Program-made: the position numbers and the translations under genes
From: Candidatus Bathyarchaeia archaeon
Lineage (GTDB): Archaea > Thermoproteota > Bathyarchaeia > Bathyarchaeales > Bathycorpusculaceae
NCBI GenBank assembly: GCA_038883715.1
Contig: JAVZLS010000004.1
Coordinates: 1 to 64,000, forward strand
DNA: 64,000 nucleotides
Direction of reading: 5' to 3'
In this document: positions 17,856 to 27,538 of the stretch, in pieces
Numbering within the stretch: the first letter of the stretch is position 1
Layout of the letters: each line of letters begins with the position of its first letter
Notes under the pieces: generated by a model
Databases searched by the model: none
What the model was told of the DNA's origin: nothing
The model's input: the letters and a program-made list of their open reading frames with translations, nothing else

Positions 17856-17931
17856 TGGTAGCCCGGGGGAGATTCGAACTCCCGTCGGCGGGTCCAAAGC
17901 CCGCTATGCTTGTCCACTACACCACCGGGCT
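17856..17931 (-). tRNA. tRNA-Gln(TTG); CCA encoded
   Basis: Reverse complement AGCCCGGTGGTGTAGTGGACAAGCATAGCGGGCTTTGGACCCGCCGACGGGAGTTCGAATCTCCCCCGGGCTACCA folds as a cloverleaf with an A1-U72 pair. Confidence 0.95.
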
Positions 17932-17953
17932 TCACAGACATGTGATGTTATTT

Positions 17954-19078
17954 TTAACTCTTTGATATGTGTGTTTTGATTAAATGTTTCTTTTCCCGCC
18001 TTATCTTCAATATGTTTCTCCTAACTTTTTTGATGGTTTGGGCTGTCTCCGCCTTATTTAAATTGGCTGTGTCGGTTAGGTTTAGGAGTTTTATGATGTT
18101 TTGGTAGTGTTTAAGATTGCCTCTCTCAAGTTTCTCTATTGAGAGTATTAGACTTGTGCAGTCTATTTTCTGCCTTTCAGCTGTGGCCTTTAGCCAAGCG
18201 TAATTTTCAATGAGGTTTAAGGATATGCTGGTTAGGTAATGCGCCGTTTCGGCAAACTTTTCAGAGTTTATCATTGAGTTCGCCCTCAAAATTGTGCCCT
18301 GCATAAACGCCGCATTGAAGTAATAATTTATGCTTGTTTTAACTTTGAAATGCACGTTTTTTAGCGTTTGAAGTTTCCGTTTAACCAAGAAGCTCATTTC
18401 ATCCCAAACAGTTTTAAAGAGTTTCAGTTTCTCTTCAGCCTCCATCACGCTCACTTCGTTTAGTTTGGCTATTTTAAGATAGGCATCAAAAATTTCTTGC
18501 ATACCAAGCCTTTCAGCTACGATTTCCAACTTCTCTAAGAATCGGCTGTTTGAAAATGGTTCAAGGGCTATTTCCAGCAGCACCCGCAAGATATTTTCCA
18601 TGGCAACTATAGCGAAGAGCTGAGCACTCAGATAGTCGCCTTTTGCATGGGCTGATGTGGCACGGCTCAGGTATACGTCCGACTCTATTATATGCGTTTG
18701 TGTTCTTATGTCGATTCTTTCAGGCGAACCATAAAACTTAGCCATTGAAAGTTTTGTATTTGTCAAAGTCCAGTCTCTGTCATACAAGATCTGGGCTTCA
18801 TAGAGTTTTTGGTCAAGTTTCGGATGTATAGGGCCTTGAATTAAATTTTTGGGGACAAAGTTCAGGTCTAAAAATAGGTCGCCAACTGAAATCCTTTCCA
18901 CATATTCGTCTTCTAACGGCTCATTGCTGAGGATTAGAAGGTCAACGTCGCTTGAAAGGGTGGCGTCTCCTCGGCTCCAGCTTCCAAATATGCCTATTCC
19001 AGAAACTATTTCGTTAGCGGCCATTTCTTTTACTGTTTTCTCAAGTGTTTTTCGCAGTTTTTCTGGAAGCTTTAACAT
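17954..19078 (-). CDS. Pol-beta-type nucleotidyltransferase domain protein with a long helical (HEPN/KNTase-C-like) C-terminus
   Basis: GIGIFGSWSRGDATLSSDVDLLIL (hG[GS]...DxD) followed by ~250 aa helical region. Confidence 0.8.
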   Translation of the reverse strand: MLKLPEKLRKTLEKTVKEMAANEIVSGIGIFGSWSRGDATLSSDVDLLILSNEPLEDEYVERISVGDLFLDLNFVPKNLIQGPIHPKLDQKLYEAQILYDRDWTLTNTKLSMAKFYGSPERIDIRTQTHIIESDVYLSRATSAHAKGDYLSAQLFAIVAMENILRVLLEIALEPFSNSRFLEKLEIVAERLGMQEIFDAYLKIAKLNEVSVMEAEEKLKLFKTVWDEMSFLVKRKLQTLKNVHFKVKTSINYYFNAAFMQGTILRANSMINSEKFAETAHYLTSISLNLIENYAWLKATAERQKIDCTSLILSIEKLERGNLKHYQNIIKLLNLTDTANLNKAETAQTIKKVRRNILKIRREKKHLIKTHISKS

Positions 19079-19279
19079 TTTATGTGGACACTTCTGTTTG
19101 ATTAGTAGCGTGTATCCTTATTCAAAATTTGTGAAGGGGATATTTTAGCTTAAACCGTAAAATTTATATATTAAAACATTTCATCTGGATAGACACGCGG
19201 GCCGGATGGCGTCTTCTACTCCTATATAATGGGGAAATGAAAAGGGGACGGTTCTACGCAAAAATCGAAGAGTGAGAAA

Positions 19280-20218
19280 ATGAGCGGGAAAGAAGGAGGA
19301 ACCCGTCAACGCTTAGTTGACAAGTGCCCAGAATGCGGCAGCGTAAACCTTATCCACGATTATGATACCGGCGAGACCGTTTGCGGAGAATGCGGACTTG
19401 TGCTTCACGAGCAGATGATGGACAAGGGACCAGAGTGGCGAGCTTTTACACAGGAGGAGAAAGCCTCAAGAAGCCGTGTTGGAGTGCCAACATCCTACTC
19501 CGTCCACGATAAGGGATTGTCAACAGCTATAAGCCAAGTTGACCGCGACGCCTTCGGGAGAAAGCTTCCACTTTCAACAAGACTTCAAATGTGGCGCCTA
19601 AGAAAATGGCAGATACGCTCAAGAGTGCACTCCTCAATAGACCGAAATTTGGCACAGGCGATGGCTGAGCTTGACCGCCTATCAGACAAAGTGTACATTC
19701 CACCGCCCATAAAGGAGAAGGCAGCCGTCATATACCGCAAAGCCCTAGACAAAGGCTTAGTGCGTGGAAGATCAATCGCAGCCATAGCCGCAGCTGCACT
19801 TTACGCTGCTTGTCGCGGAAGTGGAACCCCGAGAACTTTAAGGGAAATAGCAGAAGCCAGCCTAGTGGACAAGAAGGATGTTGCTCGCTGTTATAGGCTT
19901 CTGCTTCGCGAGCTTGGCGTGCAGATGCCCATAGCAGACCCATTAACATACGTGTCAAAAATTGCTGAAAAAACGGGAATTTCTGGTAAGACACAAGGGC
20001 TAGCCATACAGATTCTGCGCGAAGCGAAAATGAAGCGCGCTGCCGCTGGAAAAGATCCTATGGGATTGGCTGCCGCGGCATTATACATTGCATGTTTGCA
20101 AAATAATGAGAAGAAAACTCAAAAGGACATTGCTGAAGCCGCTGGAGTCACCGAAGTCACAGTGCGGAACCGTTACAAGACATTGAAGAGACAGCTAAAC
20201 CTGGAATTGCCAGACTAG
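19280..20218 (+). CDS. tfb: Transcription initiation factor IIB
   Basis: CPECGS...CGECG Zn ribbon, GPEWRAF, two cyclin repeats, GVTEVTVRNRYK. Confidence 0.97.
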   Translation: MSGKEGGTRQRLVDKCPECGSVNLIHDYDTGETVCGECGLVLHEQMMDKGPEWRAFTQEEKASRSRVGVPTSYSVHDKGLSTAISQVDRDAFGRKLPLSTRLQMWRLRKWQIRSRVHSSIDRNLAQAMAELDRLSDKVYIPPPIKEKAAVIYRKALDKGLVRGRSIAAIAAAALYAACRGSGTPRTLREIAEASLVDKKDVARCYRLLLRELGVQMPIADPLTYVSKIAEKTGISGKTQGLAIQILREAKMKRAAAGKDPMGLAAAALYIACLQNNEKKTQKDIAEAAGVTEVTVRNRYKTLKRQLNLELPD

Positions 20219-20225
20219 CCCATTT

Positions 20226-20435
20226 CTAGCTTTCATTTTCTTCCTTTTCAATTTCCATAACTATTGGACCGACATATCCGCAGTCTTCGCAAACATACTT
20301 TTTGGGCGTCAGCCAGTAGTCAAGGCTGCTTGACAGGTGGATTCTTGGGCTTCCACATTTTGGACAGTAAATTTTTGATGGACCTCTATGTTTTAGAGTC
20401 TTCAATACTTCACGCATATTCTGTAGGATTCCCAT
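20226..20435 (-). CDS. Small zinc-ribbon protein
   Basis: YCPKCGS...YVCEDCGYVG; co-oriented directly downstream of aIF1. Confidence 0.75.
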   Translation of the reverse strand: MGILQNMREVLKTLKHRGPSKIYCPKCGSPRIHLSSSLDYWLTPKKYVCEDCGYVGPIVMEIEKEENES

Positions 20436-20463
20436 GGGCTTACACCTTTTGGGCGTAACGTGG

Positions 20464-20772
20464 CTATTGAACTTCTATGTTTTCTTCTGGATATCCAAGC
20501 TTTATTAGATATTGGCGGACTTTTTCGCGGTGGTCTCCTTGGAGAATTATTTGCCCGTTTTTGGCTGTGCCTCCACATGCACAGAAGCTCTTCAGTTTTT
20601 GGGCTAGGCTTCCAAGGTCTGTGTCCTTATCGTTTATGCCTTCAACTATTGTTGTTGGTCTGCCGAATTTTCTTGTTTCAAATCTTATGCGAATTCTTTG
20701 CTGTTCTTTGCCTATCTCGCCGCAGACACACAAGTCTTTGGGTAGCCCGCATATTGGACAGATATCAGCCAT
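20464..20772 (-). CDS. Translation initiation factor aIF1 (SUI1/YciH family)
   Basis: MADICPICGLPKDLCVC...LKSFCACGGTAK...ILQGDHR. Start set at ATG 20772. Confidence 0.93.
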   Translation of the reverse strand: MADICPICGLPKDLCVCGEIGKEQQRIRIRFETRKFGRPTTIVEGINDKDTDLGSLAQKLKSFCACGGTAKNGQIILQGDHREKVRQYLIKLGYPEENIEVQ

Positions 20773-20911
20773 GACGCTCAACACTACAATGGCAACGGCT
20801 GTATATAAAATTTTCAAATTTTTAATCAGCAAATTCAACAAATTGATGGAAGAGTAGGCCAAACTTTTCAAACTTTATATTGGCGTTTAATCCAATCTTG
20901 ATTGAAAAACT

Positions 20912-23005
20912 ATGCCGATAACAAAAATTAGGAAAAGAGACGGCCGAATAGTCGACTTTAACCCTGAGAGAATTAAAAATGCCATTCATAAGGCTTTTGT
21001 AGCCGTCAAGCTTGAAGATGGGGAAAAAGCTGAACGCTTAACGAGGGATGTTGTCAGCCTTTTAGAGGAAAGATTCATAGAGAAAATCCCATCGGTTGAG
21101 GATGCCCAAGATGTTGTAATAGAGGTTTTAAAGAAAAGCGGTTTTGAGGAGGTCGCTTCAGAGTATCAAGCTTATAGGAATAAGAAGGAGGAAATAAGGC
21201 GGCTAAGGGAAAGGCTTGGAATTGAAGAGCCTAAGTTGACGGTTAACGCCCTTGAAGTTTTGAGGAAGCGTTACCTGCGAAGGGATGAGGCTGGAAACAT
21301 AATTGAAGACCCGGCTCAAATGTTTAGGAGAGTTGCAAAAGCCATTGCAAGAATCGACCGTATATACGGTGAAGACCAAAAAGAAAGCGAGGAAATCTTC
21401 TACAGAATGATGGCGAGGCTTGAGTTCCTTCCGAACTCGCCAACGCTGTTTAATGCTGGAACAAAGCTTGGACAACTTTCTGCGTGCTTCGTCTTGCCTG
21501 TTGAAGATTCTTTAGACAGCATTTTTGAAGCCGTTAAAAACATGGCTTTAATCGAGAAAAGCGGCGGCGGTGTCGGCTTTGACTTTTCAAGGCTTAGGCC
21601 TAAAGGCGACATAGTCATGTCCACCAAGGGCGTGGCTTCCGGCCCTGTTAGTTTTATGCGGGTTTTTGATGTGGCCACAGAGGTTATCAAGGCTGGTGGC
21701 AAAAGGCGGGGTGCCATGATGGGAATTCTGCGGGTGGACCATCCGGACATTCTGGAGTTTATAACTGCAAAGCAGCAGCCGGGCTTCCTTTCAAACTTTA
21801 ACATATCAGTTGCTGTAACCGACGAGTTTATGAGGACTCTCGAGGAGGATGGCGAATATTGGCTGATAAACCCGAGAAACAAGGAGAGAACGGGAAAGCT
21901 CAAGGCGAGGGAGGTTTGGAACTTAATAGCGAGGTCTGCTTGGGCTAGTGGAGACCCCGGCGTCGTATTTATAGACGAGATTAATAGGCATAATCCTACG
22001 CCGGAAGTTGGAAGAATAGAGTCGACTAACCCATGTGGCGAGCAGCCACTTCTGCCTTATGAGTCGTGCAATCTGGGGTCAATCAATCTCTCACGCATGG
22101 TTGAGGATGGGAAAATTAATTGGGAGAAGCTTAGGGAAACTGTTAGGAACGCTGTTCACTTCTTAGACAATGTTATAGACGCGAACAAATATCCGTTGAA
22201 GGAGATAGAGAGGGTTACAAAGGCGAATAGGAAGATAGGTTTAGGCGTTATGGGCTTTGCGGACATGCTCATTAAGCTGGGTATCCCCTACAATTCTGAA
22301 CAAGCTCTAGAGCTTGCAGAAAAACTGATGAAGTTCATCGACGAGGAAGCCCATAAAAAGTCAGAGGAAATCGCCGAGAAAAGGGGCTCTTTTCCAAATT
22401 TTGATAAGAGCGTTTGGAAGGACAAGTACAAGGCCATGAGAAACGCCACAGTAACAACAATAGCCCCAACAGGAAGCATAAGCATAATTGCCGGATGCTC
22501 ATCAGGAATTGAGCCGCTTTTCGCCATATCCTTCATAAGAAACGTTTTAGATGGAACAAGACTTTTTGAAATAAACCCGTTGTTTGAGATGGTGGCGAAG
22601 GAAAGAGGCTTCTATGATGCTCGTCTGCTAGAAGAGATAGCGAAAACTGGTTCTGTTCAAAGGATAGACAAGGTTCCAGAGGACGTCAAAAGGGTTTTTG
22701 TGACAGCCCTGGACATTGAGCCGGAGTGGCATGTGAGGATGCAGGCAGCCTTTCAGAAGTCTACGGATAATGCTGTTTCAAAAACTGTTAACATGCCTTT
22801 TGAGGCGACTGTTGAAGACGTTAGAGAAGTGTTTGAGCTTGCATGGAAACTAAAATGTAAGGGTGTGACCGTCTTCCGTTATGGAAGCAAGCCAGAGCAA
22901 GTCCTATACATTGGGGAAGTGAAAACTGCTGAAAAGAGATTTATTTCGGCAGATTCAGAGTATGCTGGAGGTTGCCCAACAAAGACTTGCCCATTCCCAG
23001 GATAA
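20912..23005 (+). CDS. nrdJ: Class II (adenosylcobalamin-dependent) ribonucleotide reductase with N-terminal ATP cone
   Basis: [14 protein letters not shown] cone, [45 protein letters not shown]; no intein. Confidence 0.93.
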   Translation: MPITKIRKRDGRIVDFNPERIKNAIHKAFVAVKLEDGEKAERLTRDVVSLLEERFIEKIPSVEDAQDVVIEVLKKSGFEEVASEYQAYRNKKEEIRRLRERLGIEEPKLTVNALEVLRKRYLRRDEAGNIIEDPAQMFRRVAKAIARIDRIYGEDQKESEEIFYRMMARLEFLPNSPTLFNAGTKLGQLSACFVLPVEDSLDSIFEAVKNMALIEKSGGGVGFDFSRLRPKGDIVMSTKGVASGPVSFMRVFDVATEVIKAGGKRRGAMMGILRVDHPDILEFITAKQQPGFLSNFNISVAVTDEFMRTLEEDGEYWLINPRNKERTGKLKAREVWNLIARSAWASGDPGVVFIDEINRHNPTPEVGRIESTNPCGEQPLLPYESCNLGSINLSRMVEDGKINWEKLRETVRNAVHFLDNVIDANKYPLKEIERVTKANRKIGLGVMGFADMLIKLGIPYNSEQALELAEKLMKFIDEEAHKKSEEIAEKRGSFPNFDKSVWKDKYKAMRNATVTTIAPTGSISIIAGCSSGIEPLFAISFIRNVLDGTRLFEINPLFEMVAKERGFYDARLLEEIAKTGSVQRIDKVPEDVKRVFVTALDIEPEWHVRMQAAFQKSTDNAVSKTVNMPFEATVEDVREVFELAWKLKCKGVTVFRYGSKPEQVLYIGEVKTAEKRFISADSEYAGGCPTKTCPFPG

Positions 23006-23026
23006 AAGAGGATAAAAGTTTCGAAG

Positions 23027-24427
23027 GTGAAAGCCGTGAAAGCATCGTTAGGCTTTGTTAACGAAGAGAACATGAGCATGTTAACAGACCTTTACGAGCT
23101 TACAATGTGTGCAAGCTACTTTGACAATAAGAGGTTTGAACCGGCCACCTTTGACCTTTTCATAAGGCGTTTGCCCTCAAACCGCTCATACTTCCTATTC
23201 GCCGGCTTAGAGCAAGTCCTATTATTTCTTGAAAAAATGAGATTCGCTGAAGAGCACATAAAATTCTTGAAAAGCCAAGGATTCAAAGAGGACTTCCTCG
23301 AATATTTAAGAGATTTTAAATTTAGTGGTGATGTTTGGGCTGTTCCAGAGGGCACTGTGGTTTTCCCCAACGAACCGCTGATTAGGGTTACAGCCCCAAT
23401 AATAGAGGCGCAGCTGATAGAAACCTTCATTTTAAACACTATTAATCTTCAAACCACGATAGCTACTAAAGCCTCTAGGGTTGTTTATGCTGCTCAAGGT
23501 AAGTCTGTAATCGAGTTTGGTTTGAGAAGGGAGCACGGGACAGACGCCGGATTAAAAGTTGCCCGTGCAAGTTATATAGCTGGTTGCAACGGCACATCGA
23601 ATGTCCTAGCTGGAATGATGTACGGTATACCAGTTTTCGGGACTATGGCCCACTCCTTCGTCATGTTCTTCGACAACGAGATAGAATCTTTCAGGGCTTT
23701 TGCAAAAACCTTCCCCGATAAATCAACCCTTTTGATAGATACTTTTGACAACATTAAAGGTGCGGAAAACGCCATAACCGTCGCCAAAGAGCTTGAAAAA
23801 AAGGGGTTCAAGCTTCGCGGGGTGCGCATTGACAGCGGGGACCTTGTGGAAATAAGCCGTAAAGTTAGGAAAATGCTCAACGATAATGGGCTTGGTTACG
23901 TGCAAATATTTGCAAGCGGAGACCTCGACGAGTATAAAATAGAAGAACTGCTGAGCAAAGGCGCAAAAATAGACGCCTTCGGGGTTGGAACCCGCATGGG
24001 GACATCAGCAGACAGACCTTATGTTGACATAATTTACAAGCTATGCGAAAAAATGAACGAGAAAGGAGAATTCGAGCCAATAATGAAGCTGAGCGAAAGA
24101 AAAGCCACTCTCCCGGGAAGAAAACAAGTCTTCAGGTTTAAGGATGAAAAAGGAAATTTCGTTAAAGATGTAATTGCTTTGGAAGGCGAAGACATTGGCG
24201 GGGAGCCACTACTTGTTAAGGTTATGGAAAAGGGCAAAATAGTCTATAATTTGCCGTCCCTTGAAGATATAAGGAAAAACGCCTTAAACAACCTTTCAAA
24301 GCTTCCAGAAAAGTATAAGCGGCTTAGGGGGGCAGCCAAATATCCGATTGCGTTAAGCCCCAAACTTAAGAGGCTTATAAGGGATTTGAGGGAAAAGCTG
24401 AAAAAGGTTGAGGGCGTCAGTTTCTGA
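23027..24427 (+). CDS. pncB: Nicotinate phosphoribosyltransferase
   Basis: LTDLYELTM, EFGLRR, TSNV, GTMAHS, LIDTF, VRIDSGD, FGVGT. Confidence 0.94.
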   Translation: MKAVKASLGFVNEENMSMLTDLYELTMCASYFDNKRFEPATFDLFIRRLPSNRSYFLFAGLEQVLLFLEKMRFAEEHIKFLKSQGFKEDFLEYLRDFKFSGDVWAVPEGTVVFPNEPLIRVTAPIIEAQLIETFILNTINLQTTIATKASRVVYAAQGKSVIEFGLRREHGTDAGLKVARASYIAGCNGTSNVLAGMMYGIPVFGTMAHSFVMFFDNEIESFRAFAKTFPDKSTLLIDTFDNIKGAENAITVAKELEKKGFKLRGVRIDSGDLVEISRKVRKMLNDNGLGYVQIFASGDLDEYKIEELLSKGAKIDAFGVGTRMGTSADRPYVDIIYKLCEKMNEKGEFEPIMKLSERKATLPGRKQVFRFKDEKGNFVKDVIALEGEDIGGEPLLVKVMEKGKIVYNLPSLEDIRKNALNNLSKLPEKYKRLRGAAKYPIALSPKLKRLIRDLREKLKKVEGVSF

Positions 24428-24456
24428 CTGCAGATTAGAACATTCACATTTAGGTT

Positions 24457-25008
24457 TCAGCTTCTAAACGCCGTTAGGAGGTTTATGAAGGCTACTTCTA
24501 ATATGGCGGCGATGAAAAATATGCCGTAAATGTAGATTAGGTCTTTTGTTTTAAGCGTTCTGCTCAACGTCTTTTTAAGCGTTAAATAGATACCGCAGCC
24601 CTCGACTATTCCCACAGGCATGCTCATAACCAGCATTTTAGGCAATGTTTCCAAGCTGACTTTTTCATATATTAGGATGCAGCCTCTCAATATGCTTAAG
24701 AAAACAATCATTACGGTGAAGGCTACGGCGAAGGTTTGAGGATGTTCCAAAACGATGTGCGAATACTTTTCTCTTTTAAAGAACCCAGAGACAACGAGGC
24801 TTACATAAAAGGACATGCCCAGAAGAATCATGGAAATAACAAGCACGTTATGTAAAAATATCATCCCAACGGCTAATAATTGGTTTTGGAGAATATCTTT
24901 TGCCAAAATTGTAAAGAAAATAGTATTCTCAAATGAAGATAAAAGTAGAGAGAGGAGGAAGGCTAATCCTAAAATGATGGTGTGTTTTCTCGATTCCGAC
25001 AATTGCAA
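24457..25008 (-). CDS. Integral membrane protein (SpoIIM-like)
   Basis: About five hydrophobic segments; IFLHN, P.GIVE and AAILE motifs resemble SpoIIM/DUF95. Confidence 0.6.
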   Translation of the reverse strand: MQLSESRKHTIILGLAFLLSLLLSSFENTIFFTILAKDILQNQLLAVGMIFLHNVLVISMILLGMSFYVSLVVSGFFKREKYSHIVLEHPQTFAVAFTVMIVFLSILRGCILIYEKVSLETLPKMLVMSMPVGIVEGCGIYLTLKKTLSRTLKTKDLIYIYGIFFIAAILEVAFINLLTAFRS

Positions 25009-25014
25009 ACCTCG

Positions 25015-25491
25015 CTATGTAAAAGGCCATATTGACCGTAGCCAGTCAAATATCTTTTCCAAAATGTGAAAGGCGAAGGCTAGGAGCACGAGAATCACCA
25101 AGTAGATTATTATTGCAAGTATGCCAACCGCTATCGCACCGAACCACCCAGTTTCAAATAAGCGTTTAATTAAGATAAGCCAAACAAGAAGGCTTAGGAT
25201 TAAAGTGATTAGGGGATATGGTATAAAAATCGCAAATAGTGTAGTTAAAACTGTTCCTAAAAGGGAAATTATAAAGGCGTCAGAGAGCAGGGCGCGCTTC
25301 CTGCCCACAACAATTAGCCCCGCGATATACAAAACAACCGCTAGTACAAACAATGATAGGAAAAACCATGCAATTGCAAAAATTAAAACTAATTCTTCGG
25401 GTAATCCCCAAGGCCACTCTGGCCTCTTGCCAGCTTTAAATGACAATTGCAAAATAATCTCGATTAGTTTTTGCCAGAGCATTTCATTCAC
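25015..25491 (-). CDS. Hypothetical integral membrane protein
   Basis: Four hydrophobic segments; 6 nt from the next gene, so likely co-transcribed. Confidence 0.7.
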   Translation of the reverse strand: MNEMLWQKLIEIILQLSFKAGKRPEWPWGLPEELVLIFAIAWFFLSLFVLAVVLYIAGLIVVGRKRALLSDAFIISLLGTVLTTLFAIFIPYPLITLILSLLVWLILIKRLFETGWFGAIAVGILAIIIYLVILVLLAFAFHILEKIFDWLRSIWPFT

Positions 25492-25560
25492 TTAACGTCA
25501 GATTTTGCACATTAAAAATAAAAGGTTATCTCAAGTTTGTACCGCTTTTAGGAAATTTGC

Positions 25561-25842
25561 CTATTCCGTTATATCTTCAACTTCTTTTCTGCCTTTCTCG
25601 AGCTCCTCGATCTGTTCTTTGTCCTCTTTTAGAAGTAGCGTTTGGAACTCGCCTACGTGGGTTTTTTCTTCTCTGGCTATTTCCAGAAGCACTTTCTTAA
25701 TGCTTTCGTTTGTTGTTGCGGCTGCCAGCTGCTCATAAAGGTTTATTGCGTCCAGTTCGGCGATTATGGCGGCTCTCAAGATTTCGCAGTTTAGAAGCTT
25801 CTTTTCAACCTTGTTAACTCTTATTGGAATTTGAGACAACAT
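25561..25842 (-). CDS. Encapsulated-ferritin-like (EncFtn/Flp) half-ferritin, stand-alone
   Basis: EILRAAIIAELDAINLYEQ...IAREEKTHVGEF is the two-helix Flp signature; SD GGAGGTGA upstream. Confidence 0.85.
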   Translation of the reverse strand: MLSQIPIRVNKVEKKLLNCEILRAAIIAELDAINLYEQLAAATTNESIKKVLLEIAREEKTHVGEFQTLLLKEDKEQIEELEKGRKEVEDITE

Positions 25843-25873
25843 TCTTTAAATTCACCTCCGTTAGTTTTCGCTT

Positions 25874-25926
25874 TATCGCAGCGATATGCATTAATGTGCA
25901 TTAAGCCTTTTTGCAATATGCAAAAA
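25874..25926. promoter_or_regulatory. Palindrome cluster upstream of the EncFtn-like gene (candidate operator)
   Basis: TATCGC-A-GCGATA (25874-25886), TGCATTAA x2 (25887, 25897), TTTTTGCA-ATA-TGCAAAAA (25908-25926). Confidence 0.5.
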
Positions 25927-26035
25927 TAGTTGCCACATTTCATTTCCATCTCCCCTTCCCTTTCTAGTTTCAGAAGTGAACTTCATGATGTTTGAAAAAT
26001 TAGAAAAATCGAGTGAAAGAAAAGTTTCGGGGTGC

Positions 26036-26455
26036 CTATATTTCTTCTGCTAGTGTTGTGAAGAGGTCGTGGTGTTCCTCTTCGTCTTTTAGTATTCCTT
26101 CGAATAGGAAGGCTGTTGTTTCGTCCTTCTCTTTTCGGGCTTGGGCTATTATCTGTTTATATAAGTTTATGGCATTTTCCTCGTCTTTTATGTCTCGTTG
26201 TATCATTTCCTTGAGCGTTTTTCCAACAAATATTTCAGTTGGCTTTGTTGTGGGTGTTCCGCCCAAATAGAATAGTCTTTCAGCGATGGCTTCCGCGTGC
26301 TTCATTTCTGTTATCGCCACTTTTTTAAGTTCTTCTTGAACCGAGAAGCCTTTGACGCCGCTCCATTGGACGTGTTGCCACATATATTGTATTGAGACTT
26401 GCATTTCCCTTGCGATGGCGTCGTTCAGCATTTCCAACAATTTTTTAGAAGCCAA
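26036..26455 (-). CDS. Bacterioferritin-like protein lacking the C-terminal E helix (mini-bacterioferritin type)
   Basis: E..Y (AREMQVSIQY), EMKH with the heme-ligand Met position, ERLFYLGGTP, DEENAINLY, DEEEH; 139 aa. Confidence 0.85.
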   Translation of the reverse strand: MASKKLLEMLNDAIAREMQVSIQYMWQHVQWSGVKGFSVQEELKKVAITEMKHAEAIAERLFYLGGTPTTKPTEIFVGKTLKEMIQRDIKDEENAINLYKQIIAQARKEKDETTAFLFEGILKDEEEHHDLFTTLAEEI

Positions 26456-26555
26456 AACATTTCACCTCCCTTCAGTTTGTTTTAGTTTGTTTAAAAGTTT
26501 TGCCAAAATACGCGAAGATCCACAATAAAAATGGAGATTATGCTGCAATGTTGAG

Positions 26556-27035
26556 CTATCCGCCTGGCGCTCCATGGAATGGCACGTTTTTCCAGAGAAT
26601 GTCCCACCAGTCCTCTTCTGTTATTGTCTCGCCCCTAACAATGATTTCTAAAACTTCTTTTAGGAGTTCATGGTGCCGCTTTTCGTCGGCAAGTATGGCT
26701 GTTAGGAGAAGCTTAACTTTCTCATTTTCAACGGTTGGCAGCATGTCGCTTATCTTCTTTACGAGTTCAGCCTCGATTTGAATATGCCTCTCCACAAGGC
26801 TTCTTTGTTTATCAAGATGTTCTTGGGCGAGCGCCTGCTGAGTTGTGGTTAAAAGTTTTAGGGCGGCGTCATACATCTCCGCGTGTTTCAGAGAATCCAG
26901 CGAAATTCCCCTCAAAACGCCCTTAACTGACGGATTTTTTATACCCTTTAAAGCCTCGTTAAGAGAGTCAACAATTTCATTTTCGACTTCAATTTGTCTT
27001 TTGATGAATTTTAAAAGTTCATTTTTTGAAGACAT
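26556..27035 (-). CDS. Ferritin-like/rubrerythrin-domain protein
   Basis: Two helical-hairpin halves (E..DSLKH; E..DEKRHH); C-terminal WWDILWKNVPFHGAPGG. Confidence 0.8.
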   Translation of the reverse strand: MSSKNELLKFIKRQIEVENEIVDSLNEALKGIKNPSVKGVLRGISLDSLKHAEMYDAALKLLTTTQQALAQEHLDKQRSLVERHIQIEAELVKKISDMLPTVENEKVKLLLTAILADEKRHHELLKEVLEIIVRGETITEEDWWDILWKNVPFHGAPGG

Positions 27036-27078
27036 TTTTGGTTCCCTCCTAATATTGAGTTGCTCGGACTATTAATGT

Positions 27079-27522
27079 CTATGCGGCTTTAACAAGCCCT
27101 TCAGCAATCCTCCGCCCAAATTCTCTGCACTTTTCCAAGCCAGCCGTGTCCGGCGTGTACCTTATTAGCAAGGGCGGTTCTGTCACTTCCATTTCAAACT
27201 TGTTTTTCAGAATTTCAATGACAAGCCTTGGGGCTTCACCGCTCCATCCATAGGACCCGAAGGCAGCGCCCACCTTGCCCTTCAAGTTTATGTTTTTTGC
27301 GGCGGCTTCTTCAAAGAGCATTTTGATGTCGACTGTTGTGTCGTGATGGTATGTGGGCGTTCCCACAATTATAGCGTCAAACTCTTTAAGCTGTTCTGGG
27401 GATGCGTGATAAGTTAGCTCCACGCCCACGCCTTGAACCATCTTTGCTCCTTCAGCCACCGCTCTAGCCATTTTCTCGGTGTTCCCAGTCCTACTATAAT
27501 AGAGGATTAGGATTTTTGGCAA
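27079..27522 (-). CDS. Flavodoxin (FprA C-terminal-like)
   Basis: YYSRTGNTEKMA, VGTPTY, AFGSYGWSGEA. Confidence 0.92.
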   Translation of the reverse strand: MPKILILYYSRTGNTEKMARAVAEGAKMVQGVGVELTYHASPEQLKEFDAIIVGTPTYHHDTTVDIKMLFEEAAAKNINLKGKVGAAFGSYGWSGEAPRLVIEILKNKFEMEVTEPPLLIRYTPDTAGLEKCREFGRRIAEGLVKAA

Positions 27523-27538
27523 ATACTACACCCTTAAC

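Noticed and set aside
17834-17860. 9-bp duplication (ATTTTGGTA) of the tRNA-Gln 3' end as an att-site scar
   Set aside because: It is too short and AT-rich, the same word occurs near 16965, and no integrase or cargo is adjacent
20912-23005. Intein in NrdJ or SMC
   Set aside because: Lengths are normal, the conserved motifs are contiguous and there are no intein terminal or LAGLIDADG motifs
25821-25949. 42-codon Cys-rich minus-strand ORF (MEMKCGNYFC...KECCLKFQ) after a purine-rich run
   Set aside because: It overlaps the palindromic promoter region and the EncFtn start and resembles no known family, so the DNA is better explained as regulatory. Not fully excluded.
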